Assembly (NCBI GenBank): GCA_016699265.1
Contig: CP064967.1
Coordinates: 30,001 to 62,000 of the forward strand
Direction of reading: 5' to 3'
DNA: 32,000 nucleotides
Source of the DNA: Candidatus Saccharimonadota bacterium
GTDB taxonomy: Bacteria; Patescibacteriota; Microgenomatia; UBA1406; GWC2-37-13
This document shows, one piece after another, positions 1 to 8,145 of this stretch. The notes beneath the pieces were generated by a model, which searched no databases, was not told the origin of the DNA, and saw only the letters and a list, made by a program, of their open reading frames with translations. Every line of letters starts with the position of its first letter. Position 1 is the stretch's first letter. The translations under genes and the position numbers were made by a program.

Positions 1-542
1 CGTATGGGAATAGACATATATATGACAAGATTATTTCAGGCGGAGGAGTAGTTGTTTCGGAATTTCCACCAGATCAGACGGTTGTCCCAGGGTTGTTTAT
101 AGCCAGAAACAGGTTAATATCCGGGCTGTCTCGAGGGGTGTTGATCGTTGAGGGAACGAAGACCTCTGGGGCGCTTATCACCGCTCGGTATGCCGCCGAG
201 CAAGGGAAAGATGTATTTGCATTACCTGGACAGATAAATACGACCTTATCAGAGGCTCCGAACATTCTCATTAAAGAAGGAGCGATTATCGTTACCTCAA
301 CAAACGATATTGCAGATTATTACGCTTTTGGTCAGAAGGTTTTAAAAAGTGAAAGGTCCGAACTTAAGTTATCTGTGGACGAACTGGCAGTATATAGTTA
401 TTTAGAAAAGAACCCTAGGCTTATTGACGAGGTAGTACAGGAGCTTCAATACCCAGCTCAGCACATAATGACGCTTCTTTCGAGACTTGAACTCGAAGGA
501 GTGGTGGTGCGTCGATCTGATGAGAAATACTACGTTAAGTAG
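1..542 (+). CDS. dprA: DNA-processing protein DprA, C-terminal part (5' end lies outside the window)
   Basis: Frame 3 is open from the window edge. The translation ..SEFPPDQ..FIARNRLISGLSRGVLIVEG..SGALITARYAAEQGKDVFALPG matches the DprA Rossmann-like core. A winged-helix-like tail follows (YPAQHIMTLLSRLELEGVV). Confidence 0.85.
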   Translation, partial: YGNRHIYDKIISGGGVVVSEFPPDQTVVPGLFIARNRLISGLSRGVLIVEGTKTSGALITARYAAEQGKDVFALPGQINTTLSEAPNILIKEGAIIVTSTNDIADYYAFGQKVLKSERSELKLSVDELAVYSYLEKNPRLIDEVVQELQYPAQHIMTLLSRLELEGVVVRRSDEKYYVK

Positions 543-563
543 GTCGGCAGAGTATAATTAGAC

Positions 564-968
564 ATGGTTTTGCAAATATTTACTGACGGTGGGTCAAAAG
601 GTAACCCAGGTCCTGCCGCAGTTGGCGTTGCCTACTTTCTAGATGGACTCAAGGTTGAGACTTACCGCGAAGACATTGGAACCGCAACTAATAATGAGGC
701 TGAGTACACCGCGCTCATCCGCGCATTGGAGCAGCTCTTAAAAAGCTCTAAGCTAAAAGCTCTAGGCTATAAGAGTATAGCGGTTCATAGCGATTCGAGA
801 CTCATGGTGAATCAAGTAAAGGGTCTTTTTAAGGTGAATGAATCAAGAATTCGAGAGTTTATTCTTAAGATCAGATCGCTTGAGAGCGAAATAGGACTAC
901 CAATAAGCTACATAAACATTCCAAGAGAGCAGAATGCCATAGCCGATGCATTAGTTAATAATAAGTAA
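564..968 (+). CDS. rnhA: Ribonuclease HI
   Basis: Shows FTDGGSKGNPGPAA, NNEAEYTALIRAL, HSDSRLMVNQ and NAIADAL, which is the RNase H type-1 catalytic D-E-D-D layout. TATAAT at 553-558 lies 5 nt before the ATG. Confidence 0.85.
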   Translation: MVLQIFTDGGSKGNPGPAAVGVAYFLDGLKVETYREDIGTATNNEAEYTALIRALEQLLKSSKLKALGYKSIAVHSDSRLMVNQVKGLFKVNESRIREFILKIRSLESEIGLPISYINIPREQNAIADALVNNK

Positions 969-977
969 CAACTAATT

Positions 978-3485
978 ATGAACGATAGATTTGAGTTTGG
1001 AACATATTCTTTAGACCTCGAGACTCTTGAATGTTCGTTCAACTACATATCTGTACATAATGGGGTCAAACGTACCTTCGTTGAGAAGCTGATCCTTCCG
1101 TATAAGCCGAGCAGACTCAACATACCTCAAGAACTTCTTGATCGTGTACTCAAATATCTTCATCTTACGATCGGGGTAAGCTACTTCAAGATTTTTGTGC
1201 AGGACACCGTCGTCGTTCCGTACGTTTTAAGTACGGAAGAGGCTGCTTTTTTTACAATACTATATAAAAAAGGACTCGGTGAGTTCTATTACCGAAACAA
1301 CCTTTCTTTGAAAAAAGCTCCAATCTTTCCATCCGATGAATCTATAAAGCGCGAACCATTTACATTAGAGAGTAGCACTGACAATATATTAGTTGGACTT
1401 GGAGGTGGGAAAGACTCGATAGTGGCTTTAGAATTACTCAAGGAGCAAGGGTTTGCTCCATCGGTTTTTATTGTTGGAGGCGAACAGGAAACTGCACTGC
1501 ATAAAAGTTTGGTTGAAAAAACCAAGTCACCAGCATATCAGGTAAAGCGAATCCTTGACCAGCAATTATTCAGTCCGATACAAGACTCTTATAATGGTCA
1601 CGTACCGGTTTCTGCCATCTACTCGTTGGTTGGCTATCTTCTTGCATTACTTTATCACTTTTCCTATATAGTGGTGGGAAATGAGCACAGTAGTAATTTT
1701 GGGAACATCCTATTTGAGTCAACCGAGATTAATCATCAATGGAGTAAATCAATTGAATATGAACATTTGTTTCAAGACCTTTGTCGATCATCTTTAAGTC
1801 CGAATATTGTATATTTTTCTCTTTTAAGGCCGTTTTATGAGATAAGAATCGTGGAACAGTTTATGAAATATCCAGAGTATCTACACAGTTTTACTAGTTG
1901 CAACAGAGCATTTCGTATTAAAAAACCAACTGAACAGCTGTGGTGTGGAGAGTGTCCAAAATGCGTGTTCGTATTTCTCCTATGTTCTGCATTTATGAAT
2001 CCAGAACAGATAGTATCGGTCTTTGGACAGAATTTATTTGAGAAGGAAGCTTTACTGCCACTCTTTAAGGATGTTCTTGGCAACGGAACGATGAAACCCT
2101 TTGACTGTGTTGGAACCTTCGAGGAGGCTAAGGTAGCGTTTGTGATGGCAGAAAAGCACTTTGGAGACGAAAAGATATATCAATACCTCAAACCAACAAT
2201 AGAGGTATCTCAGGCAGACAAGGATGTCGTTTTTCGCACCGTTATGTGCGACACCATTCCTCATCAGTTTCGTTTTAGTGGAATGAAAAATGTCTTGATA
2301 GTTGGGTATGGGAAAGAGGGTAGAGCTATTGAAGCATATCTGCGGCAGATATATCCTCAGGTAAAGTTAGAGATTGCTGATGAAAAAACTCATCCGGATA
2401 ATTTTAGCAAACAAGAGCTGTTTGACATCGCATTACGAAGTCCAGGAGTACCGAAGGAAAAGGTGAAGATTCCTTCAACAACCGGTACCAATCTTTTTTT
2501 TGCACTTACGAAGAACGTAGTGGTTGGAATTACCGGAACAAAAGGAAAGAGCACCGTTACAACCTTGATCGGACACATTCTTAAAACAGCAGGTAAAAAC
2601 ATTAAGATTCTCGGGAATATTGGGGAACCTCTCATTGAAGAACTCTTGAAACAGCGCAGTACAGACCGCATTTATGTTGTTGAACTTTCCAGTTATCAGC
2701 TAGACGACCTCGACTTTTCGCCACATATTGCGGTGGTAACCTCCCTTTACAATGATCATCTTGATTACCATGGCAGCTCTGAGAGATATGTGGATGCAAA
2801 AAAACGAATTATTAAGTTCCAAACCAATAATGACCTTTTTATCTATAATAACTCTTTCGCGGAGCTCAAAGAATGGTCAAGGGAGACTCGAGCGAACTCA
2901 AAACCTTATGATGTTGATTTCCAATTTGATCAGAATTCGGTAAAGTTAAAAGGACCTCATAATATCGAGAATATACACGCCGCCATAACTGTGTGTCGTG
3001 CGCTAGGAGTTTCCGATGAAGATATTGCCTCTGGTCTAAAGAGCTATGTCCCACTTCCTCACAGACTCGAAAATATCGGAACGCTTAAAGGTATTACGTT
3101 TTATGACGATGCAATTGCCGTAATTCCTGAGGCGACCATCGCCGCTCTTCAGTCATTAGACAAAGTCGACACGCTTCTATTGGGAGGGACTGATAGGGGG
3201 TATGATTTCACACAGTTGGAGAAGGTTGTGAAAGAAAAAGGTGTTCGAAATCTTGTCTTGTTCCCCGATACGGGAAAGCGAATGTTTGAAAAGGATAGAG
3301 AAGACTTCAATATTTTAGAGACTGACAGTATGAAGGAGGCGGTCACGTTCGCATATCGACAAACAAAGTCTGGCGCGACTTGTTTATTATCTACAGCATC
3401 ACCAAGCTATCGTCTTTGGAAGAACTTCGAAGAAAAAGGGGACGAGTTTAAGAAGTGGGTAGAGGAGTTGGGAAGAACCACATAA
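978..3485 (+). CDS. murD: Fusion protein: N-terminal PP-loop-like domain (about 430 aa) plus C-terminal UDP-N-acetylmuramoyl-L-alanine--glutamate ligase (MurD)
   Basis: The C-terminal half has Mur ligase motifs: GITGTKGKST P-loop, NDHLDYHG, PHRLE and LGGTDRGYDF. The N-terminal half has GLGGGKDS (SGGxDS-type ATP pyrophosphatase loop) and WCGECPKC. Confidence 0.8.
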   Translation: MNDRFEFGTYSLDLETLECSFNYISVHNGVKRTFVEKLILPYKPSRLNIPQELLDRVLKYLHLTIGVSYFKIFVQDTVVVPYVLSTEEAAFFTILYKKGLGEFYYRNNLSLKKAPIFPSDESIKREPFTLESSTDNILVGLGGGKDSIVALELLKEQGFAPSVFIVGGEQETALHKSLVEKTKSPAYQVKRILDQQLFSPIQDSYNGHVPVSAIYSLVGYLLALLYHFSYIVVGNEHSSNFGNILFESTEINHQWSKSIEYEHLFQDLCRSSLSPNIVYFSLLRPFYEIRIVEQFMKYPEYLHSFTSCNRAFRIKKPTEQLWCGECPKCVFVFLLCSAFMNPEQIVSVFGQNLFEKEALLPLFKDVLGNGTMKPFDCVGTFEEAKVAFVMAEKHFGDEKIYQYLKPTIEVSQADKDVVFRTVMCDTIPHQFRFSGMKNVLIVGYGKEGRAIEAYLRQIYPQVKLEIADEKTHPDNFSKQELFDIALRSPGVPKEKVKIPSTTGTNLFFALTKNVVVGITGTKGKSTVTTLIGHILKTAGKNIKILGNIGEPLIEELLKQRSTDRIYVVELSSYQLDDLDFSPHIAVVTSLYNDHLDYHGSSERYVDAKKRIIKFQTNNDLFIYNNSFAELKEWSRETRANSKPYDVDFQFDQNSVKLKGPHNIENIHAAITVCRALGVSDEDIASGLKSYVPLPHRLENIGTLKGITFYDDAIAVIPEATIAALQSLDKVDTLLLGGTDRGYDFTQLEKVVKEKGVRNLVLFPDTGKRMFEKDREDFNILETDSMKEAVTFAYRQTKSGATCLLSTASPSYRLWKNFEEKGDEFKKWVEELGRTT

Positions 3486-3488
3486 GAC

Positions 3489-3926
3489 TCATTCGTCAAG
3501 CATTTTAGCGCGCCTGATATATTTCTCATCCTGCTTCATTGGGGTGTCGATAAACACATCCACAAGAGACAAAGCCTCTTCAAGAGTAAGATAATCCGAG
3601 GCAAGACAGAGCACATTCATATGGTCATTTGTTCGACCATGTTCAACCTGCTTTATAGAGTCGCATAGTCCTGCACGAACACCTTTGATTCGATTAGCTG
3701 CTACACTCATGCCAATTCCTGCTCCACATACCGCAATGCCAAAAAACTCTTCAGGTTGTTGGGCAACGGCGAGTGCTACTTTTTTTCCAAACTCAGGAAA
3801 GTTATCGAGTGGATCAAAACTGTAGTTACCCATATCCTCAACACGAACATTCTTCTCCTGAAGATACTCCATGAGTTTATTTTTCAACTCGAAACCGCGA
3901 TGGTCGGCGCCTATGAAGATGGTCAT
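3489..3926 (-). CDS. rpiB: Ribose-5-phosphate isomerase B
   Basis: Shows MTIFIGADHRGFELK and AVCGAGIGMSVAANRIKGVRA, the RpiB/LacAB signatures. The longest ORF starts at 3944, but ATG 3926 gives the usual N-terminus and sits 6 nt after TATACT (3933-3938, minus strand). Confidence 0.85.
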   Translation of the reverse strand: MTIFIGADHRGFELKNKLMEYLQEKNVRVEDMGNYSFDPLDNFPEFGKKVALAVAQQPEEFFGIAVCGAGIGMSVAANRIKGVRAGLCDSIKQVEHGRTNDHMNVLCLASDYLTLEEALSLVDVFIDTPMKQDEKYIRRAKMLDE

Positions 3927-3932
3927 ACGGTT

Positions 3933-3940
3933 AGTATAAT
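3933..3940. promoter_or_regulatory. Overlapping divergent -10 boxes for rpiB (TATACT, minus strand) and fmt (TATAAT, plus strand)
   Basis: The 19-nt spacer 3927-3945 reads acggttAGTATAATacact. Each hexamer ends 5-6 nt from its ATG. Confidence 0.55.
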
Positions 3941-3945
3941 ACACT

Positions 3946-4797
3946 ATGGTTAAGTTAAAGATTGTATATTTTGGAACTCCGGATTTTTCCGCTGAGTTAC
4001 TTAGAAAATTAGTAGAGGATAAGAATTTACCAATCGAAATTATTGGAGTGGTTACTCAGCCAGATAAGAAGGTTGGTAGAAAACAGATTTTGACCCCTTC
4101 TCCGGTTAAAAAAGTGGCAGGGGAGTATAAATTAGCATTAAATCCAGACCTTAAATCAGCAGATTTAGCCTTACTTTTTGCATATGGAGAGATTTTGCCA
4201 TCAGAAATGCTGACGCTACCTCGATACGGATTTTGGAATGTGCATCCTTCACTTTTACCCCTATATAGAGGCTCTTCGCCTGTTGCAACGCCCCTTTTGA
4301 ATGGTGACATTGAAACTGGAGTTACTATTATTAAAATGGATAATTTACTCGATCATGGACCGATAATTTCTCAAAAAAAATCATATATTTTTCCTTTACA
4401 ACGAAGAGATCAGCTTACAGAGCGGCTTGTAGAAACTTCGTTCGAGATGCTAGGGGAGTTGTTCGGGAAATATGCGGGAAATATGGACGCAGTAGAGCTT
4501 CGGGAGCAAGATCACTCGAAGGCAACCTTCACCAAGAAGCTTACAAAGCAAGATGGATATATCGATATCAGAAATTTGAAATTAGAAATTAGAAATTCCT
4601 CTAAAAAGTTGTTTAATCTTTTTAGAGGCTTATATCCTTGGCCGGGTATCTGGACTCTCCTACCGGATAAAAAACGTCTAAAAATTACGAAAATTCATTG
4701 GGAAGACGAAAAGATCGTGATAAAAAAAGTTCAACTAGAAGGTAAGAATGAGATGGACTACGTAACTTTTTGCAGAGCCTACCCTAACGTGCTTTAA
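3946..4797 (+). CDS. fmt: Methionyl-tRNA formyltransferase
   Basis: Shows IVYFGTPDFS, VVTQPDKKVGRK and NVHPSLLPLYRGSSP (formyltransferase HxSLLPxxRG), plus the C-terminal Fmt domain. Confidence 0.9.
   Translation: MVKLKIVYFGTPDFSAELLRKLVEDKNLPIEIIGVVTQPDKKVGRKQILTPSPVKKVAGEYKLALNPDLKSADLALLFAYGEILPSEMLTLPRYGFWNVHPSLLPLYRGSSPVATPLLNGDIETGVTIIKMDNLLDHGPIISQKKSYIFPLQRRDQLTERLVETSFEMLGELFGKYAGNMDAVELREQDHSKATFTKKLTKQDGYIDIRNLKLEIRNSSKKLFNLFRGLYPWPGIWTLLPDKKRLKITKIHWEDEKIVIKKVQLEGKNEMDYVTFCRAYPNVL
4571..4598. repeat. 4 x 7-nt tandem repeat inside fmt
   Basis: GAAATTT GAAATTA GAAATTA GAAATTC. Confidence 0.8.
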
Positions 4798-4798
4798 A

Positions 4799-5530
4799 TC
4801 AAGCTCTGAAAAATGTTCCCACAAAAAATGCAAAGACAGCAGATACACTACCTAAAAGAACTACCTCACCAACAGATCTTATAATTGTATGCTTGGTAAT
4901 CTTCCACCTCAGGAAACCAAGCAGAGTTAGAGCTACGAGAGTAAAGAGACATGAGCTGAAGAAGAGATTTGGTAGAGTTCTCATAAACACATAAGGTATG
5001 AGTGGAATAAAGCCAAAGGTAGTAAATGCAAAGAAGGTAGCGAGCCCAGTAAGAAAGGGATTTTCGCCTCTAGGGTCGGGTAATTCGAGTTCATGATTCA
5101 TCATGAAGTCGGCGTAGTACTCAGGATTTTTTTCATACAGTGAAATTATTAGCTCAGCATCCTTAGTACCAAATCCTTTGTTCATTAATATCTCAATCGA
5201 CTCCTCTCTTTCCAGCTCGGGATGATTCTTGATTTCATACATTTCTTTATTGCGTTCCATGCGATAAAGATCTTTCTCCGATCTTAGAGAGAGAAAATTA
5301 CTAAGCCCCATTGATGCCCCATCGGCAGCAAGATTCGCCATTCCGAATAATAAAACGATTATGACGGGGTAGGTAGTTGATGTCTGTTGGGCGCCGGCAA
5401 AGCCTGCAACTACAGCAAAGGTTGTTACGATGCCATCACTTCCCCCGTACACAATTTCCTTTAGATAAGTTGAGAAAGCTGACAACTTATGCTCATCTTG
5501 GAGGTGTTTTTGGAGGTGGGGGCTAACCAT
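4799..5530 (-). CDS. VIT1/CCC1-family iron/manganese transporter
   Basis: Shows YGGSDGIVTTFAVVAGFAGA, a central acidic helical insert (ELEREESIEIL..) and C-terminal TM helices. The longest ORF begins with TTG at 5554. ATG 5530 lies 7 nt after TATAAT (5538-5543, minus strand). Confidence 0.75.
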   Translation of the reverse strand: MVSPHLQKHLQDEHKLSAFSTYLKEIVYGGSDGIVTTFAVVAGFAGAQQTSTTYPVIIVLLFGMANLAADGASMGLSNFLSLRSEKDLYRMERNKEMYEIKNHPELEREESIEILMNKGFGTKDAELIISLYEKNPEYYADFMMNHELELPDPRGENPFLTGLATFFAFTTFGFIPLIPYVFMRTLPNLFFSSCLFTLVALTLLGFLRWKITKHTIIRSVGEVVLLGSVSAVFAFFVGTFFRA

Positions 5531-5568
5531 AAATGTAATTATACCCTTCAACAATCTCAGGGCAAGCG

Positions 5569-6729
5569 TCAGATTTTGTTTAGAGCGATCTGATCCCTTA
5601 GGTAATTCATATACCTCTCTACTGTGAAGACGTTATGAAATGTCGCTATTGTGTAACCTAAAAGCTCCCGTTGTTTGAAGAGATGGTGTAGGTACGATTT
5701 TGTGAAATTTAAGCAAGCCCAGCAGTCACAGGTGGGGTCAATTTTCTCGAAATTGTCTCTATATATTGCCTTCTGGATATCTATCTCCCCGGTTTTATGA
5801 GTATCCCACTGATAGATTCTTCCGAGTCTCGCAATTCTTGTTGGCTCAACGCAGTCAAAAGTATCTATTCCATGAACTACGAGATCCCTAATATCATCAA
5901 GTTGACCAATACCAAGAAGGTGTACAGGCTTATCGTCCGGTAAAAATTCAGAACACCACTCTACCTGCTTTCTCATCTCTTCTTTGCTTTCTCCCACAGA
6001 TACTCCTCCAATTGCGATACCGTCTACGGCCTGATTTGTAACAAATTTGGCAGATTCCTTGCGCAGATCCTCAAACTGACCGCCCTGAATTATGCCGTAT
6101 AAATACTGCTTAGAACCTGTAACCTGCAACCTGTAACTTTCAACTTCTTTTATGCAGCGAAGCAGCCAGTCGTGAGTCCGATTCACAGATTTTTTTGCAT
6201 ACTCATGAGTTGCGTTAAGATACGTACATTCATCAAAGGCCATCATTAGATCTGCGCCAATTTCCTGTTGAAACTTTATGGATGACTCAGGTGTAAACTC
6301 AATCAAAGCACCGTCGTGTACCGATCTAAACTTGACACCGTCTTCTGAAATCTTTACCAGTAGTGGTTCCTCATTCGTGTCCCCTCTTAATTTTCCCGTT
6401 CTTCTTTCATTTTTTCCAAGAGAAAAAACCTGAAAGCCTCCAGAGTCTGACATAAGTGGAGTTGGGAGCTTTGAGTATTTGTGAATACCTCCTGCATTTT
6501 TAATAATGCTTGATCCTGGGTGGGTTACGAGGTGGTAGGTATTCACGAACATGAGTTGGACATTCATCTTTGGAATTTGTTCGGGAAGGATTCCTTTAAG
6601 GGTTCCTTTGGTAGCGCAGGGGACAAAGGTGGGCGTTTGAACCTCTCCATGTGAGGTTTGGATTGTCCCAATGCGCGCTTTCGATTTTTTTGACTTGTGA
6701 TGAACGGTAAAAAACTTCGATGTAGCCAT
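5569..6729 (-). CDS. tgt: Queuine tRNA-ribosyltransferase (tRNA-guanine transglycosylase)
   Basis: Shows TPTFVPCATKGTLKG, MSDSGGFQV, FDCVEPTR and the Zn site CDCWAC..H. The gene ends in TGA. Confidence 0.9.
   Translation of the reverse strand: MATSKFFTVHHKSKKSKARIGTIQTSHGEVQTPTFVPCATKGTLKGILPEQIPKMNVQLMFVNTYHLVTHPGSSIIKNAGGIHKYSKLPTPLMSDSGGFQVFSLGKNERRTGKLRGDTNEEPLLVKISEDGVKFRSVHDGALIEFTPESSIKFQQEIGADLMMAFDECTYLNATHEYAKKSVNRTHDWLLRCIKEVESYRLQVTGSKQYLYGIIQGGQFEDLRKESAKFVTNQAVDGIAIGGVSVGESKEEMRKQVEWCSEFLPDDKPVHLLGIGQLDDIRDLVVHGIDTFDCVEPTRIARLGRIYQWDTHKTGEIDIQKAIYRDNFEKIDPTCDCWACLNFTKSYLHHLFKQRELLGYTIATFHNVFTVERYMNYLRDQIALNKI
6114..6148. repeat. 5 x 7-nt tandem repeat inside tgt
   Basis: AACCTGT AACCTGC AACCTGT AACTTTC AACTTCT. 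Confidence 0.75.
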
Positions 6730-6740
6730 AAGAAAACATA

Positions 6741-6778
6741 ATTATACGTTATACGAGATACGAAATACGGTATACGAA
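6741..6778 (-). repeat. 5 x GTATNNN heptamer array whose last unit is the tgt -10 box
   Basis: The minus strand reads GTATACC GTATTTC GTATCTC GTATAAC GTATAAT, then 11 nt, then the ATG of tgt. Confidence 0.8.
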
Positions 6779-6788
6779 AGTGGCGAAG

Positions 6789-7238
6789 TTACTTATACAT
6801 CGATCGGACCTGGAAGATGAAGTACCATCCGATGACTGCATTTAGGACTGCTCCAACAAGGTTTAAGGCTACGAGAGAACCTGCTACTGAAACGAGCGAA
6901 GAATAGAACAGCATGTTCCATCCAGACTTCTTTCTCTTAAATAGTCCGGGTAAAGCCAATGCTTCAAGAACTAGGGTTGCAAGACTGAAGACTGTTCCAA
7001 CGGTAAAGGCTGCTGCATTTGCGCCACCGAGAACTGCAAATGGAGCTAAGAATGCTCCAAGACCGATTGCTGCGAGAAGTACTGGCAGTGCGAGAACCAA
7101 AGTTACAAGAGTGAACCAAGGTCCAAAGGTCACAATAAATTCTTTTACACCTTCGGGCAACTGAAATGGGGCCTTTTTTACAAAGTATTCGTTTAAGGTA
7201 GTTTCGAGATTTGAAAGAGACGCATTCGCTGTTGCCAT
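6789..7238 (-). CDS. Hypothetical integral membrane protein (3-4 TM helices, Ala/Gly/Leu-rich)
   Basis: Long ORF with clear hydrophobic helices. A perfect TTGACA-17 nt-TACTAT promoter places ATG 7238 exactly 7 nt after the -10 box. No family recognised. Confidence 0.55.
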   Translation of the reverse strand: MATANASLSNLETTLNEYFVKKAPFQLPEGVKEFIVTFGPWFTLVTLVLALPVLLAAIGLGAFLAPFAVLGGANAAAFTVGTVFSLATLVLEALALPGLFKRKKSGWNMLFYSSLVSVAGSLVALNLVGAVLNAVIGWYFIFQVRSMYK

Positions 7239-7245
7239 TAGCATC

Positions 7246-7274
7246 ATAGTAAATTAAGCATTAATTCTTGTCAA
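7246..7274 (-). promoter_or_regulatory. Sigma-70-type promoter TTGACA-17-TACTAT
   Basis: On the minus strand, TTGACA is at 7269-7274 and TACTAT at 7246-7251, separated by a 17-nt spacer. ATG 7238 lies 7 nt downstream. Confidence 0.7.
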
Positions 7275-7311
7275 GAGTATTTTATAGTTCTGAGTTCCGT
7301 ATAATGGTTTT

Positions 7312-8145
7312 ATGTTCGACACTCACTGTCACCTCAATTTCGGCGCCTTCGATGGCCAAGTAGATCAGATTATTAAGGATGCCCTCAACTCAGGGATCTC
7401 TCAAATCTTAATTCCCAGTACAGATTTAACTACTGCTGATAAAGCCATTTCGGTTGCAGGTTCTTTTGAAAATATATATGTGGCCGTTGGCATACATCCA
7501 CATCATGTCTTTGAGTTGAAAGCCAAAAGCGAGAAACTAAAAGTTGATCTGGAAAATATAGAACGGTTACTGGAGAACAAAAAAGTTGTTGCTGTTGGTG
7601 AAGTAGGACTGGATAGACATTACTACAAAAATACCAAGTATGGCGACTATGAAATCACTAATGAGTTTATGCGAACGCAACGAGAAGTATTCGCTCATCA
7701 GGTTGTGCTCGCAGTGCGCCATGACAAGAGTTTGATTCTTCACAATAGAGAGTCGAAGACAGAGTTTTTAGAAACGCTCCTCTCTGTCTGGGACTCCAAG
7801 CTTGAAGGAAGAACGGTTTTTCACTGCTGTGAGCCAGACGATGAACTTCTCGAGTTTGCGAAGAAACACAAGCTCTACATTGGAGTTGATGGTGACGTTA
7901 CTTACAGCAAGCAAAAGCAAGAGTTTATCAAGAAAGTTCCATTAGAAATGCTTGTACTCGAGACGGATGCTCCATTTTTAAGTCCGGAACCATTCAGATC
8001 AATGCCGAGAGAAACACGAGGGCCAAATGTTCCAGCAAATCTCAGGCTTATTGCTGAGTTTGTAGCGAAGTTAAAAGATCTGCCCACCGATCAGTTGGCT
8101 CAAATAACGACTGCCAACGCTCAAAGGCTTTTTGGCCTAGCGTAG
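7312..8145 (+). CDS. tatD: TatD-family metal-dependent DNase/hydrolase
   Basis: Shows FDTHCHL, GEVGLD, HNRES, VLETDAPFL and a C-terminal NAQRLFGL. Confidence 0.85.
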   Translation: MFDTHCHLNFGAFDGQVDQIIKDALNSGISQILIPSTDLTTADKAISVAGSFENIYVAVGIHPHHVFELKAKSEKLKVDLENIERLLENKKVVAVGEVGLDRHYYKNTKYGDYEITNEFMRTQREVFAHQVVLAVRHDKSLILHNRESKTEFLETLLSVWDSKLEGRTVFHCCEPDDELLEFAKKHKLYIGVDGDVTYSKQKQEFIKKVPLEMLVLETDAPFLSPEPFRSMPRETRGPNVPANLRLIAEFVAKLKDLPTDQLAQITTANAQRLFGLA

